From Clostridia bacterium (GTDB lineage Bacteria > Bacillota > Clostridia > UMGS1883), in assembly GCA_021202495.1 (NCBI GenBank), contig JAJQCX010000066.1:1-46103 (forward strand): a DNA stretch of 46,103 nt, in the 5' to 3' direction. Of the stretch, positions 8,412-16,666 are shown in pieces (within the stretch, counting starts at the first letter, position 1; each line of letters starts with the position of its first letter). A program made the translations under genes and the position numbers. The notes under the pieces are model-generated. The model was not told the DNA's origin, searched no databases, and saw only the letters and a list, made by a program, of their open reading frames with translations.

Positions 8412-9989
8412 GTGCGGTATAATAACAGGAGGAGAATGGTTATGAAAAATTTAAAAATGATTTTGGCGGTATTTCTTTGCGCGGTGATAGTGTGCGGAGC
8501 AATGCCGCAGCTTGCATTTGCGGCGACAAGCGGCACCTGCGGAGAAAATGTAACGTGGGAATTGAGCGGTACAACCTTAACAATCATCGGCACAGGTGAT
8601 ATGTATGACTACGAGAGCAGCGGCACAAACGCATCGCCGTGGTTATCGAACAGCAGCATAAAAAAGGTAGTAATAGAAGACGGTGTGACAAGCATAGGCG
8701 ACTATTCCTTTTATAAGTGTTCCGCCTTAACGAGCGCTTCACTTGCAGATACGCTTGAAAGCATCGGCAGTCATGCGTTTGCCTCAACAGTATTGTCAAG
8801 CATCGACATACCCGACGGCGTTGTATCAATCGGTCAGTGGGCATTTTACTCCACAGATTTAATAGAGATGGTAATACCCGACAGTGTAACCGATATAGGA
8901 GCTTACGCCTTTTACTACTGTGATAGCCTCGGAGAGGTTACTTTGTCCAAGAATTTAACGGTTATAAATAAATATACATTTGCATATTGTAAATGGCTCA
9001 GCTTTATAGACATTCCCGCCAAGGTCGGAGCCATAAGCGATTATGCATTTTACGGCTGTTCGTTCATGACTTCGGTTTTTCTTCCCACCAAGGTGGCAAA
9101 TGGCGGAATAGGTGAAAGCGCATTTGCCGGCTGCGGCAATTTAAAAAATGTATATTTTGCAGGCGGAGAGGAAGACAGAGAAGCAATCTCCATCGGAAGT
9201 CTTAATCAATGCCTTACAAATGCCACATGGTATTATTATTCACCCCTTGCGGCAGTGGATGAAGAATCATCGGACATTTCCACATACTGCACCGTAACCT
9301 TTGACGGACGCGGGGTTTGTGAGGTGGAACCCCAAGTTGTTGAACAATACGATCTTGCAGTCGAGCCCGATGTTGATATGTCCAGAGAAGGATATACATT
9401 TTTGGGTTGGTATAACGGAAGCAGCAAATATGATTTTTCCTCCTTTGTAACCTCGGACATAACATTAACCGCCAAATGGGAGGATGAGGAAATACCCTCG
9501 TATTCCTCCGGCGGAGGCTATTATTACTACACTGAGGCTGCCGACGACGGCATCCACCTCTATAGGATATGCTATGTTGGGCACACAAATTCTCTTGTTG
9601 CCACCGCCTCGTATTCCTCTGTCACAAGCTCTGTCTGGACTGTTCCCGCAAATGTCACATATGAAACCAGCGGAGTTACATGCATAGCAACGGCACAAAA
9701 AGCCGGACGCTACACTATCTATGACACAATAACCTCCGGTTATTATGTCATAGCCTACGATGCGAACAATAAGCCGTATAATCAATGGCTGGGCGGCGTA
9801 AATATTTGTTATTTTTATCTTCATGCGGTTGAAGAAATAAGCAATATTACGGTGGATTCTGGCATTAATATGAATGTCGGGCAGTCTGTGCCGCTTAATT
9901 ACACCACAACCCCCCTCCGGCGGATATGCAAGGGCTATAAACGGCTTTCTTTGGTATTCTTCCAACACAGACGTTGTCACCATAAGTGA
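8412..9989 (+). CDS. Secreted BspA-type leucine-rich-repeat protein (5' part of a frameshifted LRR-Big_2-Flg_new-lectin-metalloprotease gene)
   Basis: The probable true start is ATG 8442, with AGGAGG at 8427-8432. The signal peptide ends AFAATSG. It has repeated units of the form IPDxVxxIGxxAFxxCxxL (LRR_5/BspA type) and one YTFLGWY Flg_new repeat. The ORF ends inside a Big_2-like Ig domain just after the C6 tract at 9910-9915. Confidence 0.8.
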   Translation: MRYNNRRRMVMKNLKMILAVFLCAVIVCGAMPQLAFAATSGTCGENVTWELSGTTLTIIGTGDMYDYESSGTNASPWLSNSSIKKVVIEDGVTSIGDYSFYKCSALTSASLADTLESIGSHAFASTVLSSIDIPDGVVSIGQWAFYSTDLIEMVIPDSVTDIGAYAFYYCDSLGEVTLSKNLTVINKYTFAYCKWLSFIDIPAKVGAISDYAFYGCSFMTSVFLPTKVANGGIGESAFAGCGNLKNVYFAGGEEDREAISIGSLNQCLTNATWYYYSPLAAVDEESSDISTYCTVTFDGRGVCEVEPQVVEQYDLAVEPDVDMSREGYTFLGWYNGSSKYDFSSFVTSDITLTAKWEDEEIPSYSSGGGYYYYTEAADDGIHLYRICYVGHTNSLVATASYSSVTSSVWTVPANVTYETSGVTCIATAQKAGRYTIYDTITSGYYVIAYDANNKPYNQWLGGVNICYFYLHAVEEISNITVDSGINMNVGQSVPLNYTTTPLRRICKGYKRLSLVFFQHRRCHHK

Positions 9990-12201
9990 CGACGGCATAT
10001 TGACGGCTGTAGGCGAAGGGACGGCAACGATCACCCTTGCAACCACAAGTACAAATCCCCAAAAGGCCACATGTGTTGTTAATGTGGGAGAAGGGGAAAC
10101 CTACAGCGTTATTTATGACGCCAACGGCGGCAGCGGTGCGCCCGGCAGTCAAACAAAGTCCCAATCAATAATCCTAACATTAAGCAGCGGTGTTCCAACC
10201 CGCTCGGGCTACACCTTCACAGGTTGGAACACATCATCCGACGGAAGCGGCACAAACTACAGCCCCGGCGGAGAATATTCAAAGGACGCAGATGTGACGC
10301 TGTATGCTCAGTGGACGAAAGTGACGTACACGGTTACATATGACGCAAACGGCGGCAGCGGCGCGCCCGGCAGTCAAACGAAAACCTACGGAACGTCCTT
10401 GACCTTGAGTGATACAATACCTACCAGAACAGGATATACCTTTACCGGTTGGAACACCTCATCCGACGGAAGCGGCACGAGCTATGCTGCGGGCGGGGCA
10501 TATACGGAAAACGCAGCCGCTACGCTGTACGCACAGTGGGAGAAAAAAACTGATAGTATATTCACAGCAAGTGTTGCCTTCAATCAAGAAAGCTTAACTG
10601 CCGGAGAATTAACAGCAGCTTGCGCTGTTGTGGAATCTTTCTCCGATGATCTTTTCATATCTCTCAATTTTTATCGTTCTGACGGTTTAATCGAGGATTT
10701 TGTCGTGCAGCGCGTCACTCCTTCGCAAAGCAGAGACTATTACATTTCGCAGCTATCTCTCACACTCACGATTCCGGACGATGTTTCCGACGGTGACTAT
10801 ATAAAGGTTGTCATCATATCCGCCGAAACGCTTGAACCTGCGACCTTTACGAACGATAACACGCTTTCTGCCTGCGAAGTCAGATACGACGGACTTTCCG
10901 AGCGCTACTATACGCTCGATTCTCCCGACGGTTCAATCGCGCTCACAAGCCTCACAGGCAGCGCGAACCGCGATCTCATTGTCGCGGATGAAGGCTCTGT
11001 TTTCCGCTTAAAAGATATGGGCGAAGGCGAATACGCCTTTGAAAACGGCGACAAATCCTCCGACCGCTTAAAGCAAAACACCGATACCTCGCCCCGCATG
11101 GGAGTATATCTCCCCGGCAGCGCCACTCAGCGCTGGCTTTTGGCGGAATATGACGGCGGATATTCCATTCAATCCGTCTCAAATTCCAAGTACATTGCAA
11201 TAGCTGACGGCGAGGTTATCCTTTCGGAAGAACCGTATGCCTTTACTCTCACCCTCTGCGGCGAAACGCCGTTCTCGCTCGCAACTGCGCTTGACGGTTT
11301 TGCTCTTTTGACCGAAGCGCAGCAGACGCGCTATGTTGAAATCTTTACCTCCGTCGGCGCATCCGTTTTTCCCGACGCAGGCAATCAAACAACATTCCTT
11401 TCCCGCAGCGAAACGGAGCTCACAACTCTTTATTCCGAAAAGGACAGCCTGACCGCCGAAGAGCAGCGCGATCAATTGCTTGAAATAATGTCCTCTCCTA
11501 TCTACTATTCGTCAACGACTTCCTATACTTGTGACATCAGAAACATTCCCACTCTTCCCGACACCGATGTCACCATTACTCAATCGGATCCCGTTGCGAC
11601 ACAGCATGAAATTTGGGATCTTTGCTCCTCCGGCGAAACGGTTGACTGCTATCTTATCGCCGTCACCTATACGACCGACGACAGTACGCAGACTGTTTCC
11701 GTCTACACTCCCGACACCACTTTCGGCAACGTTCAAAACGCAATCGAAGCTCTCGGCAGATTCCCCTATGCGTACCGCCAATATATCAAAAATATGTATG
11801 TCTATCAATCAGACGGCAATACATATAACTGCGGCGGCGAGGAGATGTTCGTCCGTCTTTCGCAGGCTGTTTCGGTCGATTCCATCGCGCGCGGCTTTGC
11901 GCACGAGCTCGGACACAGCCTTGACATGATGGCAAACGGCAACGTCAGCGACACGACAACCCACTGGTGTCAGGGCAGCAAATGGCAGTCCTGCGTGGCA
12001 GACGACATTGCGACAATTTCCGTCTACGGCAACAGCAATTACTATGAGGGCATCGCCGAATTTTCGCGCCTTTATCTCTCTTCCTACGATAACCGCGACA
12101 GAATGCTCGGCATGGAACAGCTTTTCCCCAATCAGCTCGCCTCCTTTAACCGCCTTCTGACCAAGGTCGGCGCATCCGTCCTCTACGGCGGCACGGAATG
12201 A
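9874..12201 (+). CDS. 3' part of the same gene: Big_2 remainder, two Flg_new repeats, lectin-like region, HExxH metalloprotease module
   Basis: This ORF is in the +1 frame relative to 8412-9989 and has no RBS or signal peptide of its own. It continues the Big_2 domain (WYSSNTDVVTISDDGILTAVGEGTATITL). It then carries two tandem Flg_new repeats, followed by a module alignable end to end with the mature 6156-7871 protein, including QRW and HELGH (11902-11916). Confidence 0.8.
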   Translation: MSGSLCRLITPQPPSGGYARAINGFLWYSSNTDVVTISDDGILTAVGEGTATITLATTSTNPQKATCVVNVGEGETYSVIYDANGGSGAPGSQTKSQSIILTLSSGVPTRSGYTFTGWNTSSDGSGTNYSPGGEYSKDADVTLYAQWTKVTYTVTYDANGGSGAPGSQTKTYGTSLTLSDTIPTRTGYTFTGWNTSSDGSGTSYAAGGAYTENAAATLYAQWEKKTDSIFTASVAFNQESLTAGELTAACAVVESFSDDLFISLNFYRSDGLIEDFVVQRVTPSQSRDYYISQLSLTLTIPDDVSDGDYIKVVIISAETLEPATFTNDNTLSACEVRYDGLSERYYTLDSPDGSIALTSLTGSANRDLIVADEGSVFRLKDMGEGEYAFENGDKSSDRLKQNTDTSPRMGVYLPGSATQRWLLAEYDGGYSIQSVSNSKYIAIADGEVILSEEPYAFTLTLCGETPFSLATALDGFALLTEAQQTRYVEIFTSVGASVFPDAGNQTTFLSRSETELTTLYSEKDSLTAEEQRDQLLEIMSSPIYYSSTTSYTCDIRNIPTLPDTDVTITQSDPVATQHEIWDLCSSGETVDCYLIAVTYTTDDSTQTVSVYTPDTTFGNVQNAIEALGRFPYAYRQYIKNMYVYQSDGNTYNCGGEEMFVRLSQAVSVDSIARGFAHELGHSLDMMANGNVSDTTTHWCQGSKWQSCVADDIATISVYGNSNYYEGIAEFSRLYLSSYDNRDRMLGMEQLFPNQLASFNRLLTKVGASVLYGGTE
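10099..10545 (+). repeat. Tandem coding repeat (two Listeria-Bacteroides / Flg_new units)
   Basis: Two consecutive ~74-aa units, (T/V)YxVxYDANGGSGAPGSQTK...TR(S/T)GYTFTGWNTSSDGSGT.Y..GG.Y.....TLYAQW, starting at 10099 and 10321. Confidence 0.8.
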
Positions 12202-12767
12202 GCATGAACAATATCACAATCCGCCCCGCCTATCTTTCAGATGCGGAAAAATTACTCAATATCTATTCGCCCTACGTTTTGCATACCGCGATAACATTTA
12301 ATCTCACCCCTCCTTCGCCCGATGAATTTCGGGCGAAGATGGAACAGACAATGCAAAACTACCCCTATCTTGTCGCGGAGCAAAACGGCGAAATCGTAGG
12401 CTACTCCTACGCCTCCCTCTTTGTCGGGCGCGACGCCTACAACCACAGCGCCGAAATGTCAATCTATCTTGACAAATCCCACACCCACTGCGGCACAGGA
12501 AGACTGCTTTATGAAAACATGGAAAAGATTTTGCTTTCTCAAAACGTCTTTAACCTCTATGCCTGCGTCGCCGCGCCGATTGTCGAGGACGAATATCTCA
12601 CCAACAACAGCATCGATTTTCACCTTCACATGGGCTATTCCCTCATCGGCACCTTCACGCGCTGCGGAAGAAAATTTGACCGCTGGTACAACATGGTTTG
12701 GCTTGAAAAAATTTTAGCCTCACCTCAAACTCCCGAAGCGTTTATCCCCTATGCCAACCTATATTAA
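12198..12767 (+). CDS. GNAT-family N-acetyltransferase (phosphinothricin/MnaT-like)
   Basis: 189-aa ORF beginning ITIRPAxxSDAEKLLNIY..YV..T.ITF, with EIVGYSYAS and a C-terminal RKFDRWY.MVWLEK pattern typical of PAT-like GNATs. The start overlaps the upstream stop (ATGA). Confidence 0.82.
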   Translation: MSMNNITIRPAYLSDAEKLLNIYSPYVLHTAITFNLTPPSPDEFRAKMEQTMQNYPYLVAEQNGEIVGYSYASLFVGRDAYNHSAEMSIYLDKSHTHCGTGRLLYENMEKILLSQNVFNLYACVAAPIVEDEYLTNNSIDFHLHMGYSLIGTFTRCGRKFDRWYNMVWLEKILASPQTPEAFIPYANLY

Positions 12768-12772
12768 ACCCT

Positions 12773-12816
12773 AAAAAAAATGGGACAGGCAATCAAATCT
12801 GCCTGTCCCATTTTTT
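12773..12816. terminator. Bidirectional rho-independent terminator (GNAT gene / pheT convergent)
   Basis: 10-bp stem GGGACAGGCA / TGCCTGTCCC (12782-12791 and 12800-12809), flanked by A8 (12773-12780) and T6 (12811-12816). Confidence 0.78.
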
Positions 12817-12824
12817 ACTTGGCG

Positions 12825-14615
12825 TTACATTTTAAGATTTATTCCCTCGCCGGAAAGCGTATCGATAATTGTGTTCACAACCGGCATTACCTCTTCCTTT
12901 GTCAGCGTTCTTTCGCTGTCCGAGAATACCATTCTCACGGTGACGGATTTGCCGCTCTCGCCGCTGTAAGTGTCAACCACGCTCACCTTTTTGATAAGCG
13001 TGCACTTTGCTTTTTCAATCGCACTTGCAATCGGCGCGAATTTTTCCGAAACGAATGACAAATCAATTTCTATCGTCGGAAATCTCGACGCTTCCTCGTA
13101 GACAATTTCAGCCTCGGGCGCGGACGCAAAGTCGTCGACGTCTATCTCGGCGTAAACAATGTTCGCTTTTTTGTCAATCTTCTTTGAAACGGGCGCGCTC
13201 ACAATGCCCATCTCGCCCACCTTTTTGCCGCCGCAGAAAACAGCGTTCAAATTCTTCGGATGCTGATAGGAATGCGACTTCTCCATCTTTTCATATGTCA
13301 ATCCCATGTGCTTTATATCCGATGCCAAAACAGCAAGCATATCGCGCAGGTTAAAATACGTCTCCTCCATGCTTCCGGTCTTATCGAAAAGTGTTATCGC
13401 AAGCTTTTTGTGCTCGTCGCAAAGTCCGTCCTCTTTTAACCCCTCAACAACTCTGCCTATTTCAAAAATGCCGAAAGAGGGCGCATAAGCCGCGTTTTTG
13501 TTCACCTGGCAAATTTGCGTCGGTATCATCGAACGGCGCAGCGTCTCAATTCCGGGATTTGTTGAATTTGCGAGCTTCACGTTGTCCTCAACTTCAATTC
13601 CAAGCTCGCGGCACTCGTCGTAATACGCCCAAATGTACGAATGAACCTCATGCAGCGAAAAACGCTTTACCAAAATGTCCTTAATCTTTTCTTCAATCGT
13701 CTTTACGTGAGCCTGACGAATGGGATAAAGCGGCGCTGTCGCCGTGTGAACGGCGAAATTGTCATAGCCGTAAATTCTCGTTATCTCTTCGATGATGTCC
13801 GCCTTTATCGTGACGTCCTTCGTCGCTCTCCACGTCGGCACACCCACTGTAAATACATCGTTTTGCAGCCCCGCCGTAAAGCCGAGCGATTTTAATGTTT
13901 TCAATATTGTCTCGTCCGAGATTTCAATTCCCGTGTACCTGTCGACAAATTTTCTGTCAAATTGGAGTGTCGCCGGCGCGTATTTGAACGCGTATTCATC
14001 GGTCAGTGAGGAAACAACCTTCACCCCTCCGTCAACGTCCGTCAAAAGCTTCAGGAAACGCCCTATCGCCGGCACTGTCGTCTCGGGGTCAAGGCTCTTT
14101 TCATAGCGCATCGAAGCGTCCGTCCTGTGCGAAAGTCGCACGGTCGATTTGCGTATCGAAACGGGGTCAAACGTCGCCGATTCAAGCGTCAGCGTCGTCG
14201 TGTCGTCCACGATTTCCGAATCGAGACCGCCCATTATACCAGCAATGGCAACGGGCGTGTCGCCGTTGCAAATCATGAGTGTGTTGTTGTCGATGTTCCT
14301 CTCCACACCGTCAAGCGTTGTGAATTTGAACGGCTCGTCAAAGCACTTTATTCGAAGCTTCTCCACTTTTCGCGAATCGAACGCGTGCATCGGCTGCCCC
14401 ATTTCTAGCATAATGTAGTTCGTTATGTCTGCCAAAAGATTTATCGCTCTCATTCCGCAGTAAAAGAGCCTTATTCTCATGTTCACGGGGCTGACGTTTT
14501 TCGTGATGTTCTCAACCTGAATACATGAATATCTCTGGCACAGCGGATTTTCAATCTTCATATCTATCTTGGGAAGATCGTCGAACGCCGACAAGTCAAC
14601 CTTTTCAATCTCCAT
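12825..14615 (-). CDS. pheT: Phenylalanine--tRNA ligase beta subunit, C-terminal 596 aa (after in-frame TAG)
   Basis: This ORF covers the B3/4, B5, catalytic-like and C-terminal FDX-ACB (anticodon-binding) regions. It is in the same frame as 14616-15185 and is separated from it only by the TAG at 14616-14618. Confidence 0.9.
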   Translation of the reverse strand: MEIEKVDLSAFDDLPKIDMKIENPLCQRYSCIQVENITKNVSPVNMRIRLFYCGMRAINLLADITNYIMLEMGQPMHAFDSRKVEKLRIKCFDEPFKFTTLDGVERNIDNNTLMICNGDTPVAIAGIMGGLDSEIVDDTTTLTLESATFDPVSIRKSTVRLSHRTDASMRYEKSLDPETTVPAIGRFLKLLTDVDGGVKVVSSLTDEYAFKYAPATLQFDRKFVDRYTGIEISDETILKTLKSLGFTAGLQNDVFTVGVPTWRATKDVTIKADIIEEITRIYGYDNFAVHTATAPLYPIRQAHVKTIEEKIKDILVKRFSLHEVHSYIWAYYDECRELGIEVEDNVKLANSTNPGIETLRRSMIPTQICQVNKNAAYAPSFGIFEIGRVVEGLKEDGLCDEHKKLAITLFDKTGSMEETYFNLRDMLAVLASDIKHMGLTYEKMEKSHSYQHPKNLNAVFCGGKKVGEMGIVSAPVSKKIDKKANIVYAEIDVDDFASAPEAEIVYEEASRFPTIEIDLSFVSEKFAPIASAIEKAKCTLIKKVSVVDTYSGESGKSVTVRMVFSDSERTLTKEEVMPVVNTIIDTLSGEGINLKM

Positions 14616-15185
14616 CTATTCTCTGCCCGAAAGCGCCGCTAACTCTCTCGCAATGCCGTAATGTCCCCAAAGGTGGGGGCGGTTTGTCTGTGACTTATTA
14701 TCAACCTCAAAAATGATGTCGTCAATCTGATAGAGCTCCTTCAAATCCGTTCCGCACAGCGCGTCGTCCGTTATCTCCATTATTCCCGAGTGATCCGCGC
14801 TGATTCCGAGCTCCTTTTCCGAGCAGCACATTCCGTTTGACATATATCCCGCCAACGCTCTCGGCTCAATCACAATCTCGCCCACCTGTGCGCCGACCTT
14901 TGCAAACGCCGTCTTCATTCCCACTCTCACATTAGGCGCACCGCACACAACGTCGGTCAGCGCTCCGTCGCCCGCGTCAACCTTCAAAAGGTGCAGCTTC
15001 TTCGACTTCGGATGATTTTCCACGGATTTAATCTCCGCCACAACAATTCCGCTTATGTCGATGCCCTTGTAAAATATCTCGTTTTCAACTTCCGCCGACG
15101 AAAGCGAAAAACGGTTTATCAGCTCTCTCTTGTCAAGCCCGCTCAAATCAACAAAATCGCAAATCCAATTCATTGACAAAAACAT
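14616..15185 (-). CDS. pheT: Phenylalanine--tRNA ligase beta subunit, N-terminal 189 aa (tRNA-binding OB domain), ending at in-frame TAG
   Basis: The sequence MFLSMNWICDFVDL...VVAEIKSVENHPKSKKLHLLKVD..G....VCGAPN is the canonical PheT N-terminus. The ORF lies directly downstream of pheS. Confidence 0.9.
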   Translation of the reverse strand: MFLSMNWICDFVDLSGLDKRELINRFSLSSAEVENEIFYKGIDISGIVVAEIKSVENHPKSKKLHLLKVDAGDGALTDVVCGAPNVRVGMKTAFAKVGAQVGEIVIEPRALAGYMSNGMCCSEKELGISADHSGIMEITDDALCGTDLKELYQIDDIIFEVDNKSQTNRPHLWGHYGIARELAALSGRE

Positions 15186-15208
15186 AATATATCAGTCCTT
15201 TCCGAATT

Positions 15209-16255
15209 TTATTCAGTAAATTGAGCCAAATTTCTCAAATCAGCGCCGTTAAGGTCTCTGATGTCCTTAATTCCGTATTTCATCATCGCAAGGCGCGTCA
15301 TGCCCAAGCCGAACGCAAAGCCCGTGTATTCCTCGGGATCGATGCCGCCCATTCTCAAAACCTCGGGGTGTATCATTCCGCACGGGCACAGCTCCAGCCA
15401 GCCGCTGTTTTTGCACGAGGGGCATCCCTCGCCGCCGCAGATAAGGCAGTTTATGTCAAGCTCAAAGCCCGGCTCGACAAACGGGAAATATCCCGGTCTC
15501 AGCCTTACCTTTATATCTCTGCCAAACACCTCCGACAGCATCGTTTTCATAAAGAAAATGAGGTTCGATATCGAAATGTTTTTGTCAACCATCACGCCCT
15601 CCATCTGGAAGAACGTGTTTTCATGGCACGCGTCGGTAGCCTCGTTTCTAAAACAGCGTCCCGGGAAAATCGCCTTGATGGGTCTGCCCTCGTTTACAAG
15701 CGCGTCGCGGTATTTTTTATATATCGCGTTCTGCGCCGCGCTCGTCTGCGTTTTCAAAAGCTGCCCGTTTTCAAGATAATATGTGTCCTGCATGTCTCTT
15801 GCCGGATGGTGCTTGGGAATGTTGACAGCTTCAAAGCACTCGTAATCCGTCACAATCTCGCCGTAGTCCTCAACCGTAAAGCCCATTGAGCGGAACACAT
15901 CCTCGCACTGACGCTGCACAAGCGTTATCGGATGATACGATCCCCGCTCCAAATTTGCCGGCATCGAAACGTCAAATTCGGGCATCGCGTTGTTTTCGCG
16001 CTCTATCTCCTGCTCTTTCAATTCCTTCGTCTTTTCCGCAATCTTTTCCGCAACCTCGTCCTTCAACACGTTCACCGTCTGCCCGAACGCCTTCTTTTCC
16101 TCAGCCGCAAGGTTTTTCATTTCCTTCATCAGCTCGCTGATGCTTCCCTTTTTGCCCAAGAAAGCCACGCGCACCTCGTCAAGGTCGGAAAGACTTTTCA
16201 CCTTTTCAAGCCTTTCCAAAAACTGCTCTTTTAAAATAGATGTTTTCTCAGCCAT
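15209..16255 (-). CDS. pheS: Phenylalanine--tRNA ligase alpha subunit
   Basis: 348-aa ORF with class II aaRS motifs (HPARDMQDTYY, FPGRCFRNE, GFAFGLGMTRLAM). Confidence 0.97.
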   Translation of the reverse strand: MAEKTSILKEQFLERLEKVKSLSDLDEVRVAFLGKKGSISELMKEMKNLAAEEKKAFGQTVNVLKDEVAEKIAEKTKELKEQEIERENNAMPEFDVSMPANLERGSYHPITLVQRQCEDVFRSMGFTVEDYGEIVTDYECFEAVNIPKHHPARDMQDTYYLENGQLLKTQTSAAQNAIYKKYRDALVNEGRPIKAIFPGRCFRNEATDACHENTFFQMEGVMVDKNISISNLIFFMKTMLSEVFGRDIKVRLRPGYFPFVEPGFELDINCLICGGEGCPSCKNSGWLELCPCGMIHPEVLRMGGIDPEEYTGFAFGLGMTRLAMMKYGIKDIRDLNGADLRNLAQFTE

Positions 16256-16261
16256 AAAAAT

Positions 16262-16528
16262 TATCCTTTCTTTCTTTTTTGCATATCAAAAAACTCGCCC
16301 CGACACAAGGGACGAGCATAACCCGCGGTACCACCCAAATTCAGAAAATTTCTGCACTCAAACTGCCTCTTTGCGTGCGGCAAAACACTCCGCTTAATCT
16401 TACGTTTTCACGGAAAGCTCCGAATGCTGAAATTCGCACTTCTCACCGCCGCAAGGGTATTTTCAGCCCATGATACCCACTCTCTGCTGCGCCGTGTGAG
16501 CGCTGCTTACACATTCCTCAACGCCTGC
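16262..16528 (-). promoter_or_regulatory. T-box leader (Phe specifier) with terminator/antiterminator
   Basis: On the minus strand: an AGAGAG box in stem I; the specifier context GAAUUUCAGC, which places UUC (plus 16429-16431) followed by A; the conserved T-box sequence AAUUUGGGUGGUACCGCG (plus ~16321-16340); then the terminator CUCGUCCC-UUGUGUC-GGGGCGAG plus U6 (16288-16318). Confidence 0.88.
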
Positions 16529-16535
16529 AAGCCTT

Positions 16536-16564
16536 ATTATACCAAACCGATTTTCTCTTGTCAA
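16536..16564 (-). promoter_or_regulatory. Consensus sigma-A promoter for the pheST T-box leader
   Basis: On the minus strand, TTGACA (plus 16559-16564), an exact 17-nt spacer, then TATAAT (plus 16536-16541). Confidence 0.7.
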
Positions 16565-16598
16565 GCCCAAACTTTAACATAAAAAACACACTCGCCTC

Positions 16599-16626
16599 TT
16601 GAATTTAATTAAAACCATGATATAAT
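16599..16626 (+). promoter_or_regulatory. Putative promoter of the 16667 gene (divergent from the pheS promoter)
   Basis: TTGAAT (16599-16604), a 16-nt spacer, then TATAAT (16621-16626). GGAGG lies upstream of ATG 16667. Confidence 0.5.
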
Positions 16627-16666
16627 AATAGGTGCCCGAGGCAAAGAAATCTAACGGAGGGAAATT

